A DNA stretch of 35,272 nt, from assembly GCA_008632985.1 (NCBI GenBank), contig QPGO01000082.1:310001-345272 (forward strand), written 5' to 3'. Under the pieces are notes generated by a model that was not told where the DNA came from, did not search any database, and saw only the letters and a list, made by a program, of their open reading frames with translations. The position numbers and the translations under genes are program-made. Positions 19,564 through 29,951 of this stretch are shown here, one piece after another. The DNA is from Psammoneis japonica. Its lineage: Eukaryota. Each line of letters begins with the position of its first letter. The stretch's first letter is position 1.

Positions 19564-22418
19564 TTACTTTGAGACTGACGTTGAAGGCAGTTTCTGGGAG
19601 GTTCTTGTCACCTCAAGGATAGCTCGAATATACATCATGTCGCGTATAGCCGCGAACGACTCTGGCGTAAATTCCTTGTTTGTATTTCGAATATGTTGCC
19701 GCATCGTCCAGTTTGGACTGGTGGTGGCATAGACTGTTGGAAAGGCACCTCCTGTAGCTGTCGAAAAAAAGCCAGTAATTGTTTCCAGCAGCTTTTCGAG
19801 CTGAATCATATGGTGTCGAAGTTGATGTAGCTCGTCGCTTGTCCATGGTTTTAGATACTCACAAGCTTGCACAATTTCTTCATCGGTCGGTCTACGCTGA
19901 ACCGATTGCAGCAGGTTACCAGGGAGCTTCCGATGATCCTGAACCGATTTCTGAAGCCTCTCCATTAAGAATGCTACACTTGTTTCTCGTTCTTCAAGAA
20001 GTTTTTCTATCGGAAAACTCGAAATTCCCTGCTGGAGCCGGTCAAGAAGTTTTGAATATTTGCGCGACTTGTTCTTGACCCACCTTTTCCTGGTAGTTTC
20101 GGATTCGAAAGAATGGCACCAGTGGCAGTTGTTGGGATCACTCAAAATTGACGTGAGAGCTGCGTCAATGGTCGAAGAAAGATCGTAATTCAGTGACAAG
20201 GAAAGGTCGGACGACAGTTCCAGCGCCAAAGCCTCGAACCTATTAGTGCTGGATACAGACTTTGAATGCAGCAGTGGGCGACTCGAAACTTGATCGATAA
20301 CGAGTAATCTGCGAAGTTCACCTCGGAAACTGAAGCGATACAGAAAAGGTCTTCCGAAATTATTGAAAGTTATCGTCATTGACCATAATCCCCAAGCTCT
20401 CATTGCCGCAGGAGTCTTGTGATTTCCAGCTAGTGATATCTGTCCCACGCATTTGGCTTCGTCGAGTTTGGCGTAAAAGTTATCTGCCACATCAATGTCG
20501 ATATTGAACACAACTGATTGACAAAGAAGTGCAATGGTCATATTCTGCGCGCCAAACATAGCCTTTATTATCATGCATAGTTGTGATAGAGCTTCGAGGA
20601 GGACCTGGAATCGACAGGTCATGAACTCCTTGTCATTTCGGTTTACTCTTGCGATGGAGGAGTCAACCACCCGCATTGCGTCATACACACGTGTGATCTC
20701 AAGTGCCAACAAGCAAGTCTCCACCAATTGGATTCGCAGCTTGTCAAACGCTTCTCCGCGAAACCGTGTAGATGGTAGATGCGAGAGAGTCGCGAGGTCG
20801 ACTGCTCGAATTTGGCGGAAATCGCTTAGCGCTGACAAGATTTTTCTTGATGTATCCTTGTTACTGAAAATCGCATAATGGAAAGCGACTTCCGTGAGCC
20901 TCGCAACGTCACTGAACGTGTCGAACATGAACCACTTTGTTTGGTTGCTGATAATCAGAAGTGATAACTGATTCTGTGGCGTCGCTGACAAGGCCTGGTG
21001 TAGTAGGCTTAGGAACTCCAAGACATCATCAAGGTTTATTTCTGAAATTTGGTTCGGATATGCAACACCTGCAAAGATACCTGCCCACCTTTTCCAACCA
21101 GCGGAATTGATAAATCGATAGGCAGGTACCAAGGCGTCAACATGGGTGCAAATACTTAAATAGAGATCACTGCTTACTCTCCCACATTGTGTAGTAAACG
21201 GGGTAGAAAATGCTGCCGTGAAATCGACCAAATCACGGTTTTCTCTTATGAAGGATTCGAGGCAACTGTTCAAGCGTGTCGCAGTTTCATAGTCAGCTTC
21301 ATCAAAGGAAATGAGCATTTTCCTCACAAGGACGTCGACGACTTGCACAAAAGACAATATTTGCGTTCGAGATGCAGATGTACTTTGGAGAGAGAGAGCA
21401 ATATAGCTGCCCTTGTACCCTTTGTGATGGACATAACAAACTCGAAGGCGTCGATAACCTCTTCTGCTAGCTCTCGTACATCATCATGTGAACAGTCGGG
21501 CGATGATGCGTCCTGAACTTGCACCAAGTTGGACATTAGATTTAGTGTTGCAGGACTGGAGCCACGTGCCACCATAGATGCATGGCAATATCGCAGATGA
21601 AGCTTTAATATTTCATTGGCGTACAAACCAATGATTCTGTTTTGAAGATTCAACGCAAAGTCTCGTGTTTCGGGACGGCGGTCAGAATCGCTTTCCAGCA
21701 GAGTCACCAAAAGTTGGAATGCCTCTTTGATTGACTCGCGCTGCTTTTGCGAATTGAAGGGACAGACGGAAAGCGCAAACTCGGTGAGAGCGACAGTTCT
21801 GTAAAATAGAACGTCACCGTTGAACTTCCAGTCGTCGGCAGAGTTTCCAAAATCGTGCACATTCTTCACGAAGGACGTTGAGTTCATCACGATCTCATAG
21901 TCTCCATTTGCTGTCAGTGTTTGAATGCTTTGCAGTAGCTCGGCTCTTTCTGTCTCTCTTTGAAGCTTGTCGGAAGAGCTCTGCAGGGTGAGCTCTTCGA
22001 ACTGTGCTCGGAACATCTGAGCCATCTGGATCTGGCGCCGTTCGTTGTCAGTGTCTGCTTTGGTTGGACGCTTACGGTGCGCAAGAGCATCAATTTCTTT
22101 TGATCTCGTACTCGACGAGGCTGCTTTTCGAGCACAACCGCCATCTTCAATCTCGACAGCGTTCTCTTCAGTGAGTAAAGATACTGTATTCGCTGTTGGA
22201 ACTTCGTCCTGATGATGCAATCCTGCCTGTCGAGTCACAAGGGATGCATACTGCGGGGAAATGACACCGCCATGATGAGCGAGAGGGATGCAGCGTCTGC
22301 CTTTTTTCGTGAAGATGTGATGGCTTCCACTGATCCTGTTTAATTTCCAACCATCATCCTCAAGCGATTTTTTCAGCTGATACCAACGTTTCGGCATGGC
22401 CTCAACGCGGTTACTCAT
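19564..22418 (-). CDS. ~950-aa protein with an N-terminal HicA-type toxin (dsRBD-fold mRNA interferase) domain and a large uncharacterised alpha-helical region; one frameshift near 21357
   Basis: N-terminus 'LKKSLEDDGWKLNRISGSHHIFTKKGRRCIPLAHHGGVISPQYASLVTRQAG' matches the HicA pattern L..GW...R..GSH..F.+.G....P.H. The two long ORFs (21324-22493 and 19564-21357) overlap and join on adding one T (AAATAT[T]TGTCT). Confidence 0.75.
22221..22397 (-). other. HicA_toxin-like domain (GSH catalytic His codon at 22320-22322)
   Basis: About 59-aa alpha-beta-beta-beta-alpha pattern with conserved GW, R, GSH and a downstream His, ending in 'QAG' as is typical of HicA. Confidence 0.8.
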
Positions 22419-22807
22419 GATACTGCTTTCGTTCCCCAACAGCAGTTGCCAGATCACTACCCAACGTCGGAAGTCGCAAGTAAGTCCAGACAATAAAATA
22501 GAAATCAGAGAGAGTGTATGTTCGCATGAAAACCTGAAACTTCTCTAGTAGAGCGTGGAGGGCTACTACTGGAGTACCGGTAGAGAGGGGGAGGTGTCAT
22601 TGCGAATGGGGTCATGAGCACTTCTACACGGTATGCGAGAAGTGCGCAACTCAGGCCCAACGTTGCGGTGCGGAACGCTATCCTCGCTCAACTTGGTGAG
22701 TAGGGTGCGGCGAAGTTTGTGCCGCGTCACAGAATCGATGCTAGTGCTGTTTCGAATCATTCTCGAGGACGCCAAGCAAGCGCCCGGCTCTCGAGACATC
22801 TCTAAAG

Positions 22808-24483
22808 CTAGTTTGTGACTTGCAAGATCAGGGGCACACCATGCAATCCATCCAAAAAGAAGTTGGACTTGACATAGGCATCACAGAACCAATGGGCAAT
22901 AGGGAGTGCCGTGGATACGACTAACAAGGTTATAATGGGTGAAGGTAGCGTCTGTCTGAGCCACGCAAAAACGGCCCATCCACCAATCAGCGCCTCCGTC
23001 GCAACAATTACTGCATTCCAAAGAAAAAAGGCCATTTGGCTACCAAAAGGAGGTATAAAGCAACTTGGAGGATTGCATACTCCGTCCGCCTCTTCCCGTT
23101 CATGCATTTGCTGGAAGAAAGTCGCTACGATGATTTGAATCACAGTGTGAATACAACGAAAACGAAGAGAAACAGAGAGAGAGCTCGTCATTCCGACTCA
23201 CTTGATAAAATCCATTCATGAAATGCTCCGCTGACAAAAAATACAAATAGTACTGCCCAAGGTTTTGAAACGAATCGTCTTGATGGCAAGAAAACACCTC
23301 TCTACAAACAAAAAAAGCGGCGCATATGAGAAAGTTGGTCCGTCAAAAGGCATGGAACCTCTTGTTCTTCTCACCTTCAAGACGCCATGAACGAGAGCAT
23401 TCCACCGCTTACCCCAAAACTCGGATGGAGACCTAGATTGTAGCACCGGATTGTGCATGAATATTTGCGGCTCGCGTTGAAAGCCAATGTCGTGGCGGCA
23501 GCAATTCCTTGACCAAAGAGAGTGAGATAGATTTGAAAGAGCACTGTTCGAGACGACACAATATGTAAAGCGAGTAACGGTATCATGTCAGAGGATACAC
23601 AATACTGGAACTACAAGAGCTCAAAGATACGCACGCGCGTGGACCGCATTGATCTTGAGCTGTCGAAGACTAAACAGCCTTTCCAAGCTGCTCCACTCCT
23701 CCGGAGCATTGCTTTCCCATGGCGGCTCAGACGTGAATGGCACCACGTTGAATGCAAAAAGAAGTGACTTAAAAAGTCCAGTGATAACATTAGTGTTCCA
23801 AACGCTTGAACATGCTTCAAGTTGTCTCTCAATGTACTCTTGACGTGGAGTTGAGTCTTTGCATCAAGTTTCAATTCCATGGGTGAACCGCAATACAATG
23901 CATAAGCAGCCATGGATCTAGAGACGTGCTTTGGTTCAAATCCATACATGGCTGAGTCACAATGAGTGAGAAATACGAATCAACTATTCGCACTCTCTAT
24001 GAATACATTCAATCGTCACGTACCTTCAGTGCAACGAAAGATACTGAGTGTGGGCGGAACCGCCGAGAGACAAAACTTGAAAATCTTATTCCGCACGTCC
24101 AACACTGTCATTTGATAATACGGAAGAAAGATGCACAGCGGTATCACAATTCCATAACCCACCAAGTACGATATTGGTTCCTTTCGTCGTTGTATGATGT
24201 ACTTGTATGAAATGGTGGACAGCGCAGCCATGAATACGCCTTGCATCGCGACAGTCTATGTTCACGAAGCAGCTTGTAAGCATTCAACTCGAAACAACGT
24301 CATCAGCGCTCTATCAAATAACGCGCAAACACACTTACTACCAATAGCTCTATCCAAAACAAAACGCTCGGAGGATAGAAACCCCAATCACCGTTAACAA
24401 ACGGAAGCTGAAACACAAACAGCGGATCTCTCTCAGCTGTCCATTTTGTCGGGAAAGATCCATCCTAAATTAATAGACGTCAT
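22808..24483 (-). CDS. Membrane-bound O-acyltransferase, wax-synthase type (MBOAT_2); multi-exon, with frameshifts
   Basis: Motifs 'MHNPVLQSRSPSEFWGKRWNALVHGVLK', catalytic-His 'VSGAFHEW' (about 23216-23236) and 'QMAFFLWN', with multiple TM segments and GTAAGT/GTACGT/GTGAG donors. The start is approximate. Confidence 0.85.
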
Positions 24484-24894
24484 GATGGAAGCACGTCTCT
24501 TGAGAATAAGGGAGGAAGCAGGATATATAAAGGCGGTTCGTCAGATGCAGCGGCGCTCCCAAAAAATGAGACGCCATGGTTGCGATCGTGACGTGATGGT
24601 GATCCGGTAGATTCATGATTCAGTGCGAGGTTTCAGGTTTGAGATGCTGTGCTTCACGAAGTTCGAATACTTCGACTCGGTCGACCGATCCGAATAAATA
24701 CCTCCGTACAATTCTACGCAAATTTTTGTACTGGGGTCGGCGGGATTTTTTGCGCGATGATGACGCCGCCGAAAAATTGATTTTATCGAGAAAGGAACGC
24801 GACGTGTCATTTTTTGCTGTTGTTGTGTTATTGCCAGTGTCACGAAGAAGCTACAAACATCAGTCCACTTGTTGTGTACGTAATCCAAGAGAGC

Positions 24895-26176
24895 ATGAGA
24901 AGTAGCAGCGTTCGAACTACGCCGTCCGTGGCGTCATTGCCGTCGTCGGTCGGATCCACGTCTGATAAGAACAAAGCAGGAGGACTCTCGGCAACAATCC
25001 TGTCTGCATATGATCTTACCGAAAGGCAGCAGCCAATCGCTGTGACAATGAAAGCTTGTGGCATGACCGTCAGTACCGGTGCTCCCTCGTCTCGTCATAA
25101 GGATCACAACTCTTTCCGGTTCAACGGGAACAAACGAGGTTCTGCAAGCAACGAGAAAGCTGGAGATTTGGAAATCCAGGCACCTTTGCGGGACTTGTAC
25201 TGTGCTACTGCCGAGTTTGCCGTCGAATACGAAAATAGCAGTCAACGCCTCACAGCCAGAGTCAAGCTGGATACCATGGTGATTCACGAAACGCAGTGGC
25301 TCATTCTCAATCTGGAAGGCGGCGACATGGATGAGAGCAGCGATGGCGTTATTACTCCGACTCTGCGGCTCAAACTTAAATTACACGGACCGTATCGACC
25401 CGAAATTGCGGCACTTGTAGCCATGGGAGATGCATGGTTTGGAGCCATGGACCATGTAGAAAGCTCATGGGTACAGCTAAAGTCAAAAGTGCCCACACGA
25501 AACATACCCACCATCTCGTCCAAGTACATTTTGGTCCCAATGGCTCCACTGCTGCAGCACTTGTGGTGCTTTTGCCCATTGTGATTGGTGTCATGATTGT
25601 AACGCTCCCAGTATTCTTGCCGTTTTTGGTGGTGGTTGCCAGTGTTGCAGCAGGGGCAGTCGCGGTTGGTTCCATTGTGTACTTTTCCACATCCACGGGG
25701 CGCGATCAACTGTCCATTGTCTTGTCTCCCGTCTTTACGACGCTCATGAGTACCAAATCGGGACAATCTCTAGTGTACGAGACTGGACCTCGGCCGACGC
25801 CCGTTTCGGTGGCTCGTCTCGTGGTGCCCAAGGACATGTGGGGCAAGCTCATGGCGTCGCTCTTGATTGACTTGCTTGGGAGTGCATCGTATTTGATCCC
25901 GATTGTTGGTGAAGCCGCAGACATCGCTTGGGCACCGATCCAAACCATTTCATCATGGCCATGTACGACACGATTTCGCCCAATTTAAAGTATGTGAGTT
26001 TCTTTGAAGAATTGTTGCCCTTGACGGATGTGATTCCAAGTGCCACGATTGGATGGTTGACCGAGTACGGTCCAGATCTATGGACGCAAGGAACCAAGCA
26101 CGTGTCTGGATCCTTTGGTGCCGTGGTACCTACATCCAACGGGGTGGCGGCTCGCCCGTCTCAAGCATCACGGTAA
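24895..26176 (+). CDS. StLDP: Stramenopile-type lipid droplet protein (StLDP/LDP1) homologue; frameshifts near 25545 and 25948
   Basis: Recalled similarity to Phaeodactylum StLDP: 'ATILSAYDL..RQQP', 'RHKDHNSFRF', 'ETQWLILNL', 'GPYRPEIAAL', a ~50-aa Pro-containing hydrophobic hairpin, 'YETGPRPTPVS', 'DLLGSASYLIPIVGE..DIAWAPIQT' and 'FFEELLPLTDVIPSATIGW'. Confidence 0.82.
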
Positions 26177-26463
26177 CTTCTTGGGAGAAAACCTTTGGGG
26201 CGAGAAGGACGCTGAGTGTGTTCTTGGGCTTAAATGCTTGCCCTTTCACTGCATAGATGAAGATTCAAGATGTGTTGTGTCTTGATCAAGCTTAATATTT
26301 AGATAGAAACTCTCTAAGGCAGAACGATCCAGTTTGACATAGGGTACATCGTTACGCTATTCGCTTTTGCAAAGAATCAAGTATCTGCCAGTATTTTTCT
26401 TGACAACAACTCGACAAAGCCTCTACAGACTAGTCTCTACTCCCAAAAATCTTGCGTACATGA

Positions 26464-27790
26464 TCATTCTTGAACCGCCGCTTCCGATGATTCAATCTGG
26501 AGCCCTTCCAACGTTGCAATGACTAGTGTCTTTTCGTCGCGAAACTGTGTATCGGCGGATGCTCGTTCCTCGTGAAGGGTCTCCAAGTACCGACAGAGCT
26601 TGACCTTGTTGTCCACCAATATCTTGACAACATCCGGCGGCTTGTTTGGATTTGCAACAAAAATCTTGAAAACATGAAAGGCATCCAGACTAATATGAGG
26701 ACTGGGGTTGCGAAGTAGCTTCATTACCAGAATGAGATTTGACTTGGAGGCAATGTAACGAATCATGACTTGGTAGTTGGATCGAGTCAAGAGGACCGTC
26801 GACAGGATTTGAAGAGCCATGCGTCGAGTCATGTAATTTGACTGCTCGGACGATAACAGCTTCAAGTTGAATCGATCCTCCCAAAGAGCTTGGTAATCTC
26901 TCAGAAGGAACTCTGCCGTTATCTCGGCCATTTCATTCTGTGTTGCTTCGCTGCCGTCGCTACCCGTAAGGATGAATTTGAGCGTCTCTGTCGCATCTGT
27001 AGCGACATCAAAATTTGGCGAGAACACGAAATCGTCAAGAAACGGAAAGACATATCGCTCAACGCTGTCTGTTGTTGATACCATGTGTCTGTACAAGTTG
27101 ACATGTCTCAGAGTAGATCGAAGCATTGATCCACAGTGAAGCGCAACATCAGGAGCCGCAGAGCCGCACTCGTGTCCACGAATGATTGGACTTATAATCT
27201 CGTCGTATCGGTTCTCAACATACAGGCTAAAACTTTCCATAGAGGGCTTGTAAATAGCCGAGTCTTCTCCGGCCAAACCGCACACTAACAAATAGTTGAA
27301 AATCGAGACAACATCTTTTCGGCTTTCAAACGGCAATTCAGATAATGTACGAGTAGTCGGGCATAAATGTCTGCATTTCTTCAGAATCCGTCAAAACTCG
27401 CACAGTCGTTGAAACAACCGACGGATTCTTGATTCGACTAGATCATCACGAGACGAGGAGCGACGTTCCTCGTACAAGAGAAATCTGAGGCGAGATAAAC
27501 GCGCTGCGAGAAGCTCTGTAGCTTCCTCGTCATTCTTGTTGTCGTCTTTGCTCACCGGGGCGTCACTTTTAGATCATCCACAGTTTAGATTCTTTCTCTG
27601 CCTTATCTTCCGAAATGCTGCTTTCTTTGAATCGGATATGGCGGCCAAGGTCAACATTCATCGTATCCAGAAGCAACGGTACGTCTGTGCAGGAATCAAT
27701 CCTAGAGCTAGCGTCCCCTCTCGCAAAAGGAAAGAGCTCCCCAGCCAACCATTCAAAAGGGGTGGCCACATGTGATGTCGGCGTTGACAT
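26464..27790 (-). CDS. Mo25/CAB39-like scaffold protein; frameshifts near 27575 and 27360
   Basis: Motifs 'LPFESRKDVVSIFNYLL', 'ALHCGSMLR', 'PNFDVATDA', 'NYMTRRMALQILSTVLLTRSNYQVMIRY', 'DAFHVFKIFVANPNKP' and 'QFRDEK'. Confidence 0.9.
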
Positions 27791-28364
27791 GTCTGCTCCT
27801 CCAGTTTCGTGTTATCTGCTCTTCTTTTGCCTTTAGCATACAAAAGATACTGCCGGTCATTCATTCACCATGAGCTTCGAGCTTCCAGATCTTGCGGGCA
27901 AAGCCAGCGACCTCCAAAATTATTCAATTATGTCGATGAATATATCGAATGCTAGATTTTTCGAAAATTCAATGTATTTATTCATTCACTAAGGATTAAA
28001 ATTTTACAGCCCTTCTGCCTTCACAAAATCTGCCATTTCCGCCTTTCGCGCGATTTCGCGATGACGTTCAATCTTCCCAATTGCATTGCCATTGGAAGCT
28101 TTAGATAGGTCAGCAAGATGTTCAGGGTGCGTTGTACAGTCGTAAGGTCTTTTTGGCCGTCTTTGTTGGGAACATATTGTTGTTTCACGGAGACTGCCAC
28201 GTGGAACGAAGCCCGTTGATGTCTTTCGCGCAATGTCGCGCAGATGACACGATGGTGTCAAGACTTCAAGACTGTCAAGATGCGTTTGAAATTGCATTGG
28301 CGATCTCGCACAATGGCCTTCGTTGGACAATCGTTGACAAAGACAACTACTGGCTTTAAACTTC

Positions 28365-29951
28365 ATGTCGACGAAAGACAACGATATGGATACTTCCCAA
28401 CAATCTGTTGGTGCCTCGGCGCAGAAAGTCGAAACGGCGTTGGACGAAAAGCGCACTTGGGAAAAGATATGGGATCGTATTCCTCTCCCACTCAAGGATT
28501 GGACTGCAAGTGGTGTAATTGGATTTCTCGTCGTCTCTCATTGGCGCTCGTTGTGGCTTCTCTTTGACATTTGGACCTGTGATCAACCGCCAGACGCGAC
28601 TCTTGCCGCAGGGACAAACTACTGCTTTGCCTTGCCTGCACAACAAGACGGGGAACTTCGAGATAGGCGCTTTGACAGTGCCGTGCTATCATACTTTTTA
28701 GGAGTCGGGTTCATCATCCTAGGTGTTTTACTCATGTGGGGTGGGCTTTGGTTTCCAGACAACAATGAAGTTACACCGGCTAGAGGTTTCGTCCGATTTA
28801 TCGTCTTGTACATTCTTGGACTTGCAGCGAACTGCATGTGGCGCGGGATTTGGTACCTTACCGACTACTGGATTCTACCCAATGACCCAATTGCTTCCTA
28901 TTGGTTAACTTCATTTGTCGGAGCAGCTGGGGCGTTCCTGATTTGCGCTGGTGGATCCCTTTTGGCTCCTCCCTCCATCTTCTTGTTGGATGGCCCGTCT
29001 GTAGAGCCTCCACCTATTGCCGTGACACAGCTCTCAACCTACTACGACCTCACCCTTCCCGCCGATGCCAATGAGCCACCCAAATTGCCTTGGTACCTAT
29101 ACATCATTGACGCTTTGACCAGTTTCTATGTGATACCCATTTTTGTGGTATGGTTTTGGAGAGGGACGTGGCAACTCATGGATGACTGGTTCTGGGGTTT
29201 CACAGAAAGCGACTCTGATGTGGGCATGTCCGTCCTCTACAGCCTCATTTTCTCGCTCGCATGCGCTATCGTTGCAAGTGAGCCAGTCATGTGCTACGCC
29301 GAGTCCTTGGCGATTCACGATAAAATTGGAAAGTTTACGATTGGACGAACTCGGACATTCATTGTTGCATGGGCAACAGTAGCTTTCTGGAGGGCCGTTT
29401 GGACCGCGTGGGATCTATGGTTTGGTAAATCTTCTCGCGCTTCCGCTTATGGAGGAGAAATTGGTTCTATTGTCTGCCTTACGTTCATTGGATGTCTCGC
29501 ATGCATCACCGCGCCACCTTCTACCCTTGGTATTGATGTCGTGCCACACCCAGATTCGGCAGACGAACCTCTCTTTGCAATGAACCCGCTACCTTGGGAC
29601 CTTCTCTACATTTTCGCCATTGGACGTAATCCACCACCCGTCGAAGTCGAAACCGGTGGAAAGGAGGACATTGTTGAAGAGATTGAGTTATCCAGATTGG
29701 ACGATGGTGGCCAACCGTTTCCTCCAGATGATGAAGAGGAGGCTGATGAAGCTCGCGTGCGCTTTAGAAAAGCCGTGCACGTGGTCGGAAGTCTCAACGC
29801 TGGAGTTACGGAGCTCCGTCTTGGTCAAAGGTCCTACTGTGAAATGCAGCGCCCACACCTTTTAGAACGTCAGAAAAGTGTGAAATGCATCAAGCAGCGC
29901 CCGGGGCTCGAGAATAATCGGCACCGAAGCCAATACTTTCGAAATCGCTGA
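28365..29951 (+). CDS. Multi-pass membrane protein, Fuseless-like
   Basis: 528-aa intact ORF with a four-fold repeated 'WR(G/S/A)xWxxxD' motif after TM helices (HWRSLWLLFD, MWRGIWYLTD, FWRGTWQLMD, FWRAVWTAWD), typical of the Fuseless family. Confidence 0.7.
   Translation: MSTKDNDMDTSQQSVGASAQKVETALDEKRTWEKIWDRIPLPLKDWTASGVIGFLVVSHWRSLWLLFDIWTCDQPPDATLAAGTNYCFALPAQQDGELRDRRFDSAVLSYFLGVGFIILGVLLMWGGLWFPDNNEVTPARGFVRFIVLYILGLAANCMWRGIWYLTDYWILPNDPIASYWLTSFVGAAGAFLICAGGSLLAPPSIFLLDGPSVEPPPIAVTQLSTYYDLTLPADANEPPKLPWYLYIIDALTSFYVIPIFVVWFWRGTWQLMDDWFWGFTESDSDVGMSVLYSLIFSLACAIVASEPVMCYAESLAIHDKIGKFTIGRTRTFIVAWATVAFWRAVWTAWDLWFGKSSRASAYGGEIGSIVCLTFIGCLACITAPPSTLGIDVVPHPDSADEPLFAMNPLPWDLLYIFAIGRNPPPVEVETGGKEDIVEEIELSRLDDGGQPFPPDDEEEADEARVRFRKAVHVVGSLNAGVTELRLGQRSYCEMQRPHLLERQKSVKCIKQRPGLENNRHRSQYFRNR

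Noticed and set aside
21340..21370. Programmed -1 ribosomal frameshift in the HicA fusion gene
   Set aside because: There is no canonical X XXY YYZ slippery heptamer, and identical one-base deletions occur in many neighbouring housekeeping genes, so sequencing error is more parsimonious.
19564..22418. Bacterial contamination or a prophage as the source of HicA
   Set aside because: It is contiguous with intron-containing eukaryotic genes, has similar base composition, and shows no operon, integrase or terminal repeats.
22420..22807. Possible HicB antitoxin ORF upstream of the HicA-domain gene (ORFs 22566-22799 and 22633-22818)
   Set aside because: Neither shows the HicB N-terminal pattern (acidic beta strands, 'PDLPGC...G.T.EEA') nor an HTH/RHH domain. 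They look like intergenic noise.
27800..28360. Short ORFs between Mo25 and the Fuseless-like gene
   Set aside because: No recognisable motifs; consistent with a divergent promoter/UTR region.
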